This document shows positions 14,011 to 27,390 of a stretch of DNA of 64,000 nt, in pieces. The stretch lies in NCBI GenBank assembly GCA_951406725.2, contig OX597823.1:7006001-7070000 (forward strand), read 5' to 3'. The stretch comes from Octopus vulgaris. Its lineage: Eukaryota. Position numbers and translations under genes: made by a program. Below the pieces are notes generated by a model that was not told the DNA's origin, ran no database searches, and worked only from the letters and a program-made list of their open reading frames with translations. Positions within the stretch are counted from its first letter, which is position 1. Each line of letters opens with the position of its first letter.

Positions 14011-15594
14011 TAGGGCATATCTTTTTTTTTTTCCCCCCCCAATTCAATCTTCCTGTCTGTTGTCTTTTAATGTTTACAAAATATTTTTGTATAGTATTGA
14101 ATGAATAGATAATTTTCAGTTGTTGGTAGGCTTCCTATATTTCTTTTCTTTGATATTTTTACTCGGGATTTTTTTAGAAATTGTCTTTGTATACATGATG
14201 TAAACAATGCCAGTGTTTAGCTGTTGTTTAATAGAGATTTCAATGGAAATCTGCTCACTGCTCCTTCACGCTGATTTGCTCCAAGTTCAAAAGTGAGAAA
14301 ATCTTCACGGAATTTTGATATGGAATTTTGAAATTCTTCTTATCATGCAAACAATTCTCTAAGCCTAAATAAGCTCTCTTCAAATCGCTTGTCACAGAAT
14401 TTTGTCACTTACCTTTTAGTTGCATACGCTGTATTAAGAAAATAAGAAGATAGTGCACCCCACCTTCAGGCTTATTAATGCTGCCAGCTTAGCTTTTCAA
14501 CTTAGAAAATGGTTTTATATGTAGCTTATGTTTTGTTGTATTTCTACATTTTCACTCCTGTAATAGGATCTTGCTAGCAGCAATAGAGATGGAAATGTGA
14601 CAATAAGAAAACAAGAACAATGAAATCTACTACTACTGCCAGATTTTGGTTTATAAGAAAGAGTTATAATATTGTTTTCAAATATTTTTTCAACAAAAAT
14701 ATTGTATTCTTATTCTAAAATACAAGATGTGTTATTGTTTTATTTTGAGTCTACTTTCAAAGCTAATTTCTTTCATTTGACTTTTTTCACTTTTATAAAA
14801 GTTAAGTATAATAATAATAATAATAATAATAATACTTTTGCATAATGAGAAGTAGACTTAAAAAATTTATGACTGAGTTTTCTAAATAACCTGGTTAAAC
14901 TGATTTTAATCAGTCATGGTAGCAATAGTAATGCAGATGATAGTTCTTTCCATTTTGATTCTTGATTATTTATTCTATAGTTATCTAAATATATTCAGTA
15001 CTGATTGTTCACTTTAGTTTTCTTTCTCTCTCTCTCTCTTTTTTTTTTTTTTTTTATTCATATAAGATCAAATATCTGGTGTATCATCTAAGAGCTAATC
15101 AAAGTAATCTATAAATCTGCTACCTCACCTTCTGTTTATGGGATATTATAGAAATGATATGAAAATAATTGTCTGAAATATTTCTAAAGCAGAAATTGAA
15201 ATTACCTTTACAATCATGATTATATAAGCAAAGATATTTAAAAAAAGAATTTATTTAATATGTTACAGCTGATTATGAGACAACTTTCTCACATATAGTA
15301 AATTTATTGAATAAGAAGGCAGAAATCTAAAGAGAAAAATTACAAACAAATAAAAATAGTCAATGTTCTTAATACATTTTATCATATTTTTAAAAAAAAA
15401 TGGATAGACGTTTTTTTTTTCTTTCTGTTTTATGAAGTTGACAAATTTGAATTAATTCTATGCAGTGTTGTAAGCTTACAAATTATCTCTGCTTAATTAT
15501 GTATATCCATTTTTTAAAATTCATAATGATCTATATAAACTTCGTATATTTTAATCTAATGTTTAGATTTTTTTTTGTATTTGAATACGTTAAA

Positions 15595-15631
<37 letters not shown>

Positions 15632-15639
15632 TTTAAATT

Positions 15640-15684
15640 GCTCATTTTAATTTCATTAATTTTATTTTTTATTTTCTTTTGCAG
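15640..15684 (+). promoter_or_regulatory. 3' splice acceptor of the dve terminal exon
   Basis: Long T-rich tract tttatttttt attttctttt ending in GCAG directly before the coding frame. Confidence 0.85.
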
Positions 15685-17394
15685 AACTTTTTACTTTCCA
15701 TTTCCAAAGGAGAAAAACTTGCTATGATATCTGAAGAAAGACGACAAGCATTTAATAACTGGTATAAGGACCAACTACGTAAATCTGTTATAAGACAAAA
15801 TCAACTGCAAAAGATTTCAGCAACAGTTTCAGTCAGTTCTACTTTAATTGATAATTATGGATCACATCTTTCTACATTGACTCAAAATTCTGTATTGAAA
15901 ACTTCCCAGTGTGTATCTCCCCCAAGCAATTCAGTCCCTATTACAACCACTGTCACCACTTACAGTACAACCACTACACCTTCTCCAGCTCAATCCCCTC
16001 CTTATGCCCTATCACATGGACGAACTCGTATGCGAACTTCATTTGATCCTGAACATGAAATACCTAGATTGCAACGATGGTTTCAACAGAACCAGCATCC
16101 AACACGAGAACAAATGGTCCATTATTTAAATGAATTAAACTCTTTAGAATCAAGAAAAGGGCGCAAGCAATTGGACTTAACTAATATAATTTATTGGTTT
16201 AAAAATGCTCGAGCTGCTTTGCGCCGTGCTAGTAAAAACATTGAAGACAGTTTAGAAGGAGAAGAAAATGCTAATGGGGAAACATATGGTAATGCAGATT
16301 CTCTTCCTTATCTTCCAAATCGCAATGCAATTTACATTGTGCCTCACCCGTTGCATTCAACATATGCCAAGGATTGTGGTAATGCAATGGATATGACAAC
16401 TACTAGTCATCATCAGGAGGATGGAAAACCAATGGACGTCAGTCAAAAAAAGAGTGATCCCATGAAAACACCTGATGCTTCTTCACCACTTCCGCTCCCT
16501 CGAACTTCATCTGAAGAGAACATGAGGGAAAAACTAGACAAAGGTAAACCATATTTATCATCAGGTGAAAGCGGTCTAAATCTTGCCTCGCAAAGAGATA
16601 GTGTAGAAAGCCTTGTTTCCAAAGAGGAAAATACTTTTAACAACTCAAGATTTCGTGATAGTTTGGAAAGCACTAGCTCAAAAGAAAATTCTGCATTCAG
16701 TCATTCAAATGCAAAAGAAGATCTTCCATTTAACCACACAATTAGTTCTAAAGAGGAAGAAGAAGGAATTAATCATAATCATAAAAAATTCAAGGACGAA
16801 GAAATGGACTGTGATGATGTTGATTCGTCTATTGATGACAATCGGTCTTTGGATATCAACTCTATGTCTAGTCAGGATGTAGATCAGTTTAACATTGTTG
16901 TCAAACAAGAAATTGATGACAGTAAATCAGCTGACAGTGTGAATTTAAAATCACTATCCGGTAGTGGAATGACACAATCTCTCCAGATACCTGGGCACAT
17001 GCCTCATGGCCTTCCATTACATTATCTCCCTTATAATTCTCAGTATTATTCCCAGCTTCAAGAAAAATCACACTTGAAATCACACAGTCACAGTTTGGAG
17101 AAAAAGAGACGTACTCGTGTTTTCATTGACCCCCTTTCAGAGATCCCTAAACTCGAAAAGTGGTTTGCAGAAGAGACTCATCCATCAGCATATATGATAG
17201 ATAAGTATTGTGAAGAACTTAATCAATCTGAATATCGACAAAAATTCCCTAAGCTTGAATCTAAAAATGTTCAATTATGGTTCAAGAACCATCGTGCAAA
17301 AATTAAACGAATACGTTTGGATTTTGGTGACAAACCATCAGGAGTATGTCATGACAATTCATTAGAACTTACAGAAGTTTCAGAGCTAGGTTGA
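15685..17394 (+). CDS. dve: Terminal coding exon of a Compass/Dve (SATB-related) double-homeodomain transcription factor
   Basis: About 569 codons open after a strong acceptor (polypyrimidine tract + TTTTGCAG ending 15684, phase 0). The ORF-track start TTG at 15679 lies inside the acceptor. The start NFLLSISKGEKLAMISEERRQAFNNWYK resembles the C-terminal half of the SATB CUTL domain. HD1 (16018-16227) is RTRMRTSFDPEHEIPRLQRWF...IIYWFKNARAA and HD2 (17101-17310) is KKRRTRVFIDPLSEIPKLEKWF...YRQKFPKLESKNVQLWFKNHRAK. Both closely match Drosophila Dve homeodomains as recalled. No upstream exons were found in the window. Confidence 0.93.
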   Translation, partial: NFLLSISKGEKLAMISEERRQAFNNWYKDQLRKSVIRQNQLQKISATVSVSSTLIDNYGSHLSTLTQNSVLKTSQCVSPPSNSVPITTTVTTYSTTTTPSPAQSPPYALSHGRTRMRTSFDPEHEIPRLQRWFQQNQHPTREQMVHYLNELNSLESRKGRKQLDLTNIIYWFKNARAALRRASKNIEDSLEGEENANGETYGNADSLPYLPNRNAIYIVPHPLHSTYAKDCGNAMDMTTTSHHQEDGKPMDVSQKKSDPMKTPDASSPLPLPRTSSEENMREKLDKGKPYLSSGESGLNLASQRDSVESLVSKEENTFNNSRFRDSLESTSSKENSAFSHSNAKEDLPFNHTISSKEEEEGINHNHKKFKDEEMDCDDVDSSIDDNRSLDINSMSSQDVDQFNIVVKQEIDDSKSADSVNLKSLSGSGMTQSLQIPGHMPHGLPLHYLPYNSQYYSQLQEKSHLKSHSHSLEKKRRTRVFIDPLSEIPKLEKWFAEETHPSAYMIDKYCEELNQSEYRQKFPKLESKNVQLWFKNHRAKIKRIRLDFGDKPSGVCHDNSLELTEVSELG

Positions 17395-19471
17395 CAGCAT
17401 GGTTTTCCTCATTGTTCATCTACCATATATCTGTTAGCATTATGAATAGATCTCACTCTTTCTCAAATGATCAACCTATGATTTTTCTTTTTTCTTTATC
17501 CATTTATCGTTTTATTTATTCACATTGGGGCATTGATTTAATTAAGCTCTAAGTTGTTTTAATTAGTGAAAGAATAGAAATTTCATATGAAATTTTCCAT
17601 TTAGAGTTTTATATATTAAACAAAAGATTTTATTGTTATCTTTTTGCATTTAAATAATAGCAATTTTGAAAAGGGATGTAATTTCTCTTTCAGTATATTA
17701 GAAAGCTGCTGCTTCAAATTTTAAATACATTTAACTTGAGGAAATGCATATTTTCAACCTTATTTATCTTATTTTTTACTCAGAAAATCATTTGAAGTTA
17801 ATCCAAAACATCTGTAAAATTGTGTAATTTCTAATTCTATCTGTTAATTAGTTCTACACATTTTCAAAATCATCTACATCTAATATATAAATAAAGCCTA
17901 TCTTAAGGAAGTTATTCAGTGTGTTGCAGAGAACTATTCATTTGAAACCTGAATGAGCCTGCTTATACACTGTCAAACCACTTTATTTTATACTGCTGCT
18001 ATTTCAATTGCATATTTGCAGAAAATATACATCATTACAAAGCATTTTTAAGTATTTTTAAAGTTTCTTATTAAAGAACCTTTTCCCCCAAATTATTATT
18101 ATTTAATTTATCCTTAATTAAATTCTATAAGGAATACCCAGAGGTCTATAAAGTAAGATTCAAAGATTATTTCTTGTTACATTATAATAGTTTCTTAACT
18201 ATAATGTATATGATTTTGCACTGTGTTTTGTTCCAGCGATTTTCTTTTATCTTGAGAATATAGTATTTCGTGTAAACTAGATTTGAATACAATCCCCAAA
18301 TTTTTATTTATGTATAGTGATGTATGTATGTGAGTGAGTATGTGTTCGTGTACTTTTACAAATCTCTGTTTGTAACATAACGTTTATGTTTATATTTTCT
18401 ACAAAATTCATGGACTAGAGTTATGCATTATTAATTTTAATGCCTCAATGAGGTTAGAAAACTAAATTAAATCAGAATCAATTTGAGACTGACCAAGTGC
18501 AATCGTTGCCTGATTCTCCGAGATCTGAGATCTAAAGTTGTTTTTTTTTTTTAATTTTTTTTTGTACTTCTCTATTTACATACAATCTTTTGCAAGTATA
18601 ACACCTATACATAAGTATTCATATGTTTAAATACATGTTCTGGAGATGCTTGCTTAATGTAATTATGCACAACATATGTACTTGGATTAAGTGACATGTA
18701 TAAAGGACTATTTTCTAATGAATGCAACTGTATAGAAGAATGGAAACACTGTTATTTCTATGTTTTCAATTAGTTCATCCTAGAAAAGAATAATTGAATA
18801 TTTGGATGAAGAATAGATGTAAAAAGTAAATGATATTGAAAAAGGCGGAACATGGGCCTTTTTGAAATGTATTTATATTGATGTATATTTGTAATCTGTA
18901 ATCTTAAGCATTAAAGGTAAATATCTTTGTATGTGTTGCTATTATTTAAGGGCAGGTTTTCTTCCATTTTAGTTCTTTCACTATCAATTTTTTCTGTTAA
19001 TTTATATAACAGATTTACATTAATTTCATTTAAAACACTGTCTTTTTTAAAGCTCATTAATTCATGTATTGTTTTACTTATTAGTTGGAATTTATATGCA
19101 AGCATGTGCATACACTCATATACATGTATACATAAAACAATATAGTTCCCAAAATTGAATAGTATTTAATATTTCATACTTGTCATTGTTATTATATGTA
19201 TGGTGTGTGAAAAATTTGTAATTATGCAAGAAGAAAAAAAGACCAATAAAATTTTGTGGTGGAACACACATGTACACAGCCATGTATATTATGCCTGATA
19301 TGCAATGGTGGGATAATGGTGTTTATAAAATGTCCTCTCAAACTGTTAATCAGCATTAGACAGCAATTTTTAATAACTGAAATAATGTTAGACTTTTTGC
19401 TATTAAATATTTTCAAAGTTTTACTTTCTTTCCGTTTTATGTAACAAACAAACGAAAATACATACACACAA

Positions 19472-19503
<32 letters not shown>

Positions 19504-20130
19504 ACGACTAAAAAAATTTACATCTATTGTGTGTGTGTGTTTTTTTTCCTCCCTATCATTTATACACCCGAAAACAAGCCAAACATCAAGGACTAATAAG
19601 GAAATATGCAAAATTATTAATAAAAAGATTTAATTTAAACACAATTGCATCTTCACTGTGACATGCTTGAAAGAAAAACTGATTCCCATACATATTTATG
19701 TGTGTGTGTGTACGTACATATATATGAATATATATATATATATTCATATGTATGTATATGTATATATGTGTGTGTGTGTGCACAATCTGCTTTATCTTAA
19801 TTCCAAATCTAGTTATCATTCATAAACAATCAAACTTGTAGAAAAGTATACAAAAAAACAAAGGTAAATGATAACACATGCACTCACACATACATATATA
19901 CATTTATGAGAGAGATAATTCATATATAATGAACATTTATAATAAAATGGGAATTTTTAATTGTAATATTTGATTACGTCACCAAAGGTGTGTGTGTGTA
20001 CATGTTAATATATAAGTGATAAGTATAATTTTTGTGCAAACACGTGTGTATGCTTACCTTGAGGTATCTATATGTCACTTTAGGGAAATGTACATATATA
20101 TTTTACATACACATAATAAATAAACTGTTA
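17395..20130 (+). other. Probable long 3' UTR of dve (end uncertain)
   Basis: AT-rich and free of recognisable transposons after the stop codon. AATAAA candidates near 17890, 19245, 19619, 19941 and 20118. Confidence 0.4.
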
Positions 20131-20314
20131 TATACTGAAATGTCTTTTTTATGAATTTCATATTGAATTTTGGCAAAAATTAAATGTGATTTTGAAACGT
20201 GTTTAGAGAATGGATGGATTGTTGATAAAAATGTCACTTTGTATAATTAATGATCCTCAAATTTGGGTGTTTAGGTTATTTGTCTAAGGAAATGTGGACT
20301 TAATGTAGAAAGTA

Positions 20315-20345
<31 letters not shown>

Positions 20346-20625
20346 GAGGTAACCAGAATATGGAATCTAAAAACAGAAACAATTTCTATCATAGTAGGTG
20401 CATTAGGCATGATAAAAAAATATTCAGACAAATACATAAAAACACCAGGACTTACAAACACATATAACATACAGAAAATTGCACTACTAGGCACTGCACA
20501 CATCCTACGCAGAACACTTTCCATACAATAACTATCAGAGCATCACAACAAATCACAGCACATACCCAAGGCACACAGAGCTGCGCTCGGTAGTGAAGTG
20601 AAAGCACGCTATAAAAATAAAACTA

Positions 20626-20630
<5 letters not shown>
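20346..20630 (+). mobile_element. 5'-truncated R4/Dong-like LINE inserted in (TAA)n
   Basis: Intact frame EVTRIWNLKTETISIIVGALGMIKK...IQKIALLGTAHILRRTLSIQ* (stop 20529-20531) and a short 3' UTR. (TAA)n lies on both sides. Confidence 0.85.
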
Positions 20631-20672
<42 letters not shown>

Positions 20673-21079
20673 TGATGATGATAACCATAAATGTAACACT
20701 TTAACAAATAAATCGTCATTATATTACCTGTCACACAACATGCACATACTTGTGTGTGTATATATCTATATATATTTAAATACATATGTATATATTTACA
20801 TGTATATATACATATATTTATATGTATATATATATTTATGTGGGTATATATATATATATATATATGTATATGTGTGTGTATGTATATACACACACATATA
20901 TATACACATACATACATACATTTATGTATATATACATACATATGTGTGTATATATGTATATATATCTTTATATATACATATATGTGTATATATATTTATA
21001 TCTTTATATATATATATTTATGTGTGTGTGTATATATTTACATGTATACAATTATATATAAATGTGTGTATATATATAT

Positions 21080-21114
<35 letters not shown>

Positions 21115-22559
21115 TGCAAATATGTATATATATATATGCATGTGTGTATGTATATACATGCTCCCTCACATACATGCATGCACACACACACACACACGCA
21201 TATGGCTAATTTACAAGTGAAATAACTGACAATATTCATTTCCTTTATCGTCTAAATATTAGCTGATAATAATACAAAGTCAATATTTTTATTTCTGTTT
21301 AATGGTTTTATTCAACTGTTTTATTTCCACATAAATCCAAGTAGAAAAGGATATATAATTAAATTAGATTTATACATTATTACTGCAATACTTTTCTCTC
21401 TTATTTGATTCATCTCAGGAATAAAATATATTCTCTCAAATATTTCATATTTACATAACTCTCCATAATTTCTTTTACTTTTTATAGCTTTCTATTCTCT
21501 TTTTGATCAAATGTTATTTTCATAGAACTTTTGTAAATATATCTAAAAAAAAAACTGTATTTATTTCAATCAAATCAGTTAGTTTAATGTATCATTGTGT
21601 TACATATGTAATGTTCCTGTAAATATGGCAGTTTTATAGTATAAGCTCTATCTTCAGTAATGTTGATGACAGAGATATTCACTTATAATATCTGATTTTA
21701 CCAGTATTTATAAATTACTTGATATCATTTCTACTTATTCTCTTTTGTTTTCTTTTTGCTATTTCACTCTAAATCCTGCAGTTATCTTAGTATTCATTGC
21801 ATACAAGTGAACAGCTTTACATGTTATATCTCTTGTTTTTCCCTAAACTATTGTTTCTTTCATGGTTACATGGGAATGTTTGCATATCAGGCTACCATAC
21901 CTCTAATGCATTCATAAGGAGATTTTATCATGGAATATGCAATTTTCAGTATCAGTTCATCAAATAATTTTCATTTAATACCAGTTGTCCTACAATACCA
22001 TTTCATCTTGAGTTATTGATCCTCATCCCATACATACTTCAATATATCATTTCCAATTGTTTATCTAATTGTCTATGTTTCTGCTCTCTAACAAGCCTAG
22101 GAAACTGCAGTTACTCTTTCTACTTTTAGTTATTAATTCATTCAAAGACTCTTGCTTTTCTATGCCAATGCTTACTTTATAAGGTACTGAGATCAGTTTA
22201 ACTGATTAAACACTGTTTTATAAGATATTAAATATCATTTCTTTGACTCACCAAACAGATACTAAGCCACTGTACTGTGATGATAAGTTGACTTCAAGAT
22301 GTTAGTAATGTATGTTATGATTTCCCAAGTCATTTATGATCCATCTTATGAAATATACTTTACCAACATTAGTCTATGTGTTTGCAGGATTTTAGATCTA
22401 TTTCTGTATTTATGCTATGTAAGGTATGAGGAATATTTCTGTATCAATTCTTTTTATTGTTTCTTTGATTTTTGTTACAATACTTGCTTGTTCCTTTTTA
22501 GTAAAAGTTTTTCAATCATTATTGACCATAAATATTACCCAAATTCTTTGTCTATTTAG

Positions 22560-23990
22560 GGGAGTCTGCATAATCTTGTACTCTTTTCCTTAGTCTTCTC
22601 GTTTTTCTCTGTCAGTTTTCCATCATGATTCTGCAAGTGTCAGACTATGGCTTCGCCTTTCTTTGTAGTCAGGCATTCTTTCAACTGTCAGAATCTTGAT
22701 TTCTCATTTTTTTTTTTATTGAAGTGCATTTAGGTCTTCCAATTTAATGCTTATTTTCCTCAAATACCATATTCCTGCATATTTAGAAATTGTTCAGGGT
22801 CTCTGTGAAGGTGATATCTAACTCACTTGATGTATGTCTCTCCAACTCAACATTAATGCTTAGTAGATTTGAGTGAGAAAGAACCTGAGCCACTAATCTT
22901 GTCTTACCATCAGTAGATTGCAAGTCATATGTTAGCTTTGCAGCTTCCTGATATGTTCATAATAAAAATCCATGACTTAACATGTTTACTGTAACGTTAT
23001 AAATGTTGAAGACCTCCAGTTTGTGTTGAGACTAAAAGCTTCTTCATTTTATATTTGTCCCATAATCTTCCAAAAGTTCTGCATGCCTTTTCAATTCTGC
23101 ACTTGATGATTTTCATCAATTCTACATTCCTGGAAAGAAGTACTTATATTGATGAAGCTGTCCGTTATATTTAGTATTTAGTCCTTTAGTATTACACATA
23201 GACCTTCATAGAGTTCTAACATCAATCATTATGCTCACTTGTATTTTATGTTCACTGGTCGCATCAACTATGCAGTTTTCTACAAGACAAAGTTCCTGAT
23301 TCTCATATTTTACATCTTGTTGACTGCTATGCTACCTAGCAACGACTATTGTACAGCTTTCTATTTGCTCTGTATTTTATATGGATGCCCTCTCCACTGT
23401 TGTGGAATTCTTTGAACAATGTAGTTAAGAACACCGTGCTGAACTATATTGGAACTAATAATCATTCCTATTCTACTCTTTAAGTTATATCAAAGATTTC
23501 TAATGTTTTTCCAGTGCACAAACCAGTATAAAATCATGGAATTATTGTTTAATATTAAAGGACCTGTTGAACATCAAAAGTTGAATAATATTTTCCATTG
23601 CCGGCCCTGCTTATGTTATCAAAGTTGCACGTAGATGGTTTAAAAGTCTCTAATTTGTTTTCAAGGGGTTTGTCTGGCTTGAAGATCACATCCAGCTTGC
23701 CTTCCTACAGATGGTAGAAAGCAGCTTAGTAGGATTCTAACCAATATTAGTTCAATCATGAAGTTGTGTCATGTACAGGATTGATAATTTTCTTTTGTAT
23801 TGGTGTATTATAAATGCATTCTTGATGTCTTATATGTTGTCTCGTTTCCATATGGCATGATGTGCTTTTGATATAAAAAACACCACTAGACTTGTACATT
23901 TAAGCAGGTACAAGGTACTTCCACTTGGCACTTTGCCTTAGGATAGCTGGTTTATGGCCTTCAGTATTTCTTGTAACTTAGAAACTATAT
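22560..23990 (-). mobile_element. Highly decayed RTE-clade LINE
   Basis: Minus-strand remnants EILKAINQLS*GKVPSG, GIHIKYRANRKLYN and RIEKACRTFGRLW. Confidence 0.6.
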
Positions 23991-25328
23991 CAGATCAGTT
24001 TTTTTTTTATTATTAAATTATTAAATACAAAGAAACCAAAGTGCTATTATTATTTTTTTTTTACCTAAAATACTTTTTAATACTAAATATTTTCATTTAT
24101 ATTCCAGTGTCTTTTTTTTTGCCTTTTTCCTTTTTACCCCCTTTTTTTTTTTTTTTGCAAATCTTTGGTTACATTGGATAATTATACAATTTACTTCTAA
24201 CATTCTTTTCTATGAATGTATTATCTTCTTCAGATCTATCTCTAACTCATTACCATTTTATGGCAGGTATTAATTCAAACTATTCCATAATTATGAATGA
24301 CAAATCTTCAAAATAGAAATAACAGAATTTTAGAAAATATTTTAATTTTAATTTTTGTAAAATGCTTTAGCTATCTCATCAAAATTCAGTTTAGAAGTTC
24401 CATACTTCTTTAAAATGGCGACCATTTTTTTTTTTCACTGTTCTTCTTGTGTTAGGGAAATGTAATGTATATGAGCTTGTATTGGTTTGCTTCATAATTT
24501 AAATGTTATTTCTTTTCAAAACAGTGTTATATAATCCAGTTAAAATGTTTTATATATGATATCCTTATAAGGTTACTCTGAATACACATGAATACTTGCA
24601 GATTAATAATATTTATTTCTAGCAATTTCCTTAACTGCACTGATGCCAACATTATTGACTCATACTTTTCATATACATGCCATCAGTGAAATCAGGAAAA
24701 TTGTTCATTCTTATAGAAAAGTTACTATTGGAAATAAACATTTCACAAAGATGCCCTTACACCAACATGTAAAACACAAGTGATGTTGGTGGAATTTCTA
24801 ATTTTTACAGAGTGAGAGTTTTGGAGTTTTATAGATTTAAAGTAGAATGTAATTTCTTGATTTATTTTGCAAACAGCTCAAAATCTGTTGACACATATAT
24901 GTATTTTCTACATTATAAAAACCAATCTTCTAATAACAATTCTTGTGAGCCAATTTTTAAATACAAGTTAAATAAATATTTATATGATTATGGTTGCAGG
25001 TGTTGTGTTGTGTCACAGACAAAGTGTATAATTCTGCTTGTATAGGTGTATTTACTTAAAAATTGGTGACATCTACCTACAATTCAATATTCAGCAGTTG
25101 GTAGTTCAAAGGGTATCCAGTCACGGGATATATGCCTACTATTATTTTACAAATATTACAATTTTAAGAACTTATAAGATAAAAAAGCTTCCCTAAAATG
25201 GAAACATTTCTTTTGGAATTTGTACACACAAGAATCAAAGTCATGCACCCAATACATTTAAAATTATATACTTCATTAATAATACTACATTCAATATGTC
25301 AGTATATGTTTGTGTTTCTTTGTATATG

Positions 25329-25368
<40 letters not shown>

Positions 25369-25703
25369 TATAAATGTGTCTGTATAGATTTATATATGCA
25401 CAAATATTCATATATGTGCATGTGTTTATAGGCACATATGTGTGTATGCATGTTTGCATTTGGATATGTGTTTGAACATGTCTTGCAGGGTTACCACCAT
25501 TGTGGACACACCAGCTTGGTTTAGCCAAACTTACAGGAAACTCTAATTGTTCCACAGAGCTTACAGTGCCAAATTTTACATATTTATTTTGAGGTAGACT
25601 GGAACATTTAACATTTATATATATTGGCTTTGAGGACTATGAAATAACAGCGACCTCTCAGATTGTTTGATAACACAACAATGATTGGCTGTCTGGCTTT
25701 GCA

Positions 25704-25789
<86 letters not shown>

Positions 25790-25796
<7 letters not shown>

Positions 25797-26118
25797 AAGA
25801 ACGGCCATAATAGGCCATTCACCCACTAGAAATAACAGCCAAGGCCTCAACCGCAAAACAACATTAATTCCGAAAACCAGGAGAAAATTAAAAAAACATT
25901 TAAATGTTTTTTTAATTTTCTCCTGGTTTTCGGAATTAATGTTGTTTTGCGGTTGAGGCCTTGGCTGTTATTTCTAGTGGGTGAATGGCCTATTATGGCC
26001 GTTCCTTGATTTTGCTGTTGAATTTATAAATGGTCTATGACTATTTAATTTTTTCCCACTAGGCCGCTGGTGGCAAAAAAATTCTGCAAAATTTTTTGCC
26101 ACCCTATATTGATTAATT
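25790..26118. mobile_element. (TA)n-flanked fold-back insertion with a ~222-bp palindrome
   Basis: 25791-25901 is the reverse complement of 25902-26013 with no spacer and one indel near the outer end. A ~100-bp unique tail follows. Confidence 0.85.
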
Positions 26119-26142
26119 ATATATATATATATATATATATAT

Positions 26143-26650
26143 CATTGTTTAGCATCTACTTTTCCATGCTTGCATAGATCAGATGGAATTTGTTGGGGCA
26201 GATTTTTTATGGCCCAGTGCTCTTTTTGTTGCCAATCTTTTCCTGTTTGCAAACAAGATTATATTTTCCCCATGACCAGACATGTCTTCATGGAAGATTA
26301 AAAACAAAGGGTACCGTTAGTATGACGGTGACGTTCATTTACAACTAACACGCACTCTCAAGACAAGGAGACACGTGCACACATAGACACACACATATAT
26401 GTAATGTGTGTGTGTGAGTTCATATTTCCCCCGATTTTCATGTGTTAATAAAAAGATTCATCATTCATACAATCAGTGGCATTTGTTTCCAATCTTTTGT
26501 AAAAGCATGTCCAAAATGTTTGTTTTTTGATAAACTTGGATGACAGCTGGTGTCAAGAAGAGTATCAGGAAAAAGAAAACTCTGCCCCAATGTAGTCTTG
26601 TCTGACTCCTGCAAGCATGGAAAAGTAGACATTAAAATAGTGATGATGAT
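26143..26650. mobile_element. Two oppositely oriented old B-like SINE tails
   Basis: tctacttttccatgcttgca near 26155 and tgcaagcatggaaaagtaga near 26610. Related to 10405-10520 and 13860-14010. Confidence 0.6.
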
Positions 26651-26682
26651 ATATTATGCATGTGTATGTATATAGATTATGT

Positions 26683-27028
26683 TCTGAGACCCCCCTTCAG
26701 TCATGACACAGCCCATGGGATTTGCACCTAGAAAGTTACCCTCCCGGGCACAAGTCTGGGCAAGGTTGTTTATGGAAGACCAGCAGTCGCCCATGCATAC
26801 CGGCCTTCCCTCTCCACGCCACCAGTGTTATCCAAAAGAAAGGCAAAAGGGGCTGATACAGCTTGGCACCTGTGATGGTGCAACTCATTTCTGCAGCTGA
26901 GTGAACTGGAGCAACGTGAAATAAAGTGTCTTGCTCAAGAACACAACACACAGCACGGTCTGGGATTCGAACTCACAACCTCACAATCTTAAGCTCGATG
27001 CTCTAACCACTGAGCCATGCGCCTTCAC
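26683..27028 (-). mobile_element. tRNA-derived SINE family E
   Basis: Minus-strand head gtgaaggcgcatggctcagtggttagagc with B box gagttcgaatccc. 11-bp TSD atagattatgt at 26672-26682 and 27029-27039. Confidence 0.9.
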
Positions 27029-27390
27029 ATAGATTATGTATATGTTTACATATTATAGATACATATGTATGTTTGTGGGTGTATTTAATGTTTTACAGTG
27101 ATTGCTCTATGCTTGCTTAAGTATAACAGTTTATTAGCTGAAGTATGTTCAAACTAAGATTAACCTTGACCCAGTATGCCTATGACCAAAAGTGCTGCAA
27201 CTGGCAGTGATAATGGACAAATGTCTCCCACCAGCAATATAAACACGAGTGCTTCTATGCACCACAAGTCCATATGAGAGGTTCTCTCATGGTAAATAAC
27301 ACAGTATTCTGTATTCTAACAGAACATCCACTGTTTTTAAGTGGAATAAATATTAACATCTGGTATTAATACTGTTTCTGTTGCTATTAT

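Noticed and set aside
15679-15684. TTG start of the 571-aa ORF
   Set aside because: It is part of the splice acceptor, and the protein begins mid-domain.
26960-27028. tRNA-like sequence (also 10975-11033, 2171-2260 and 49174-49250)
   Set aside because: These are SINE heads continuous with SINE bodies, two with TSDs, and lack a proper cloverleaf.
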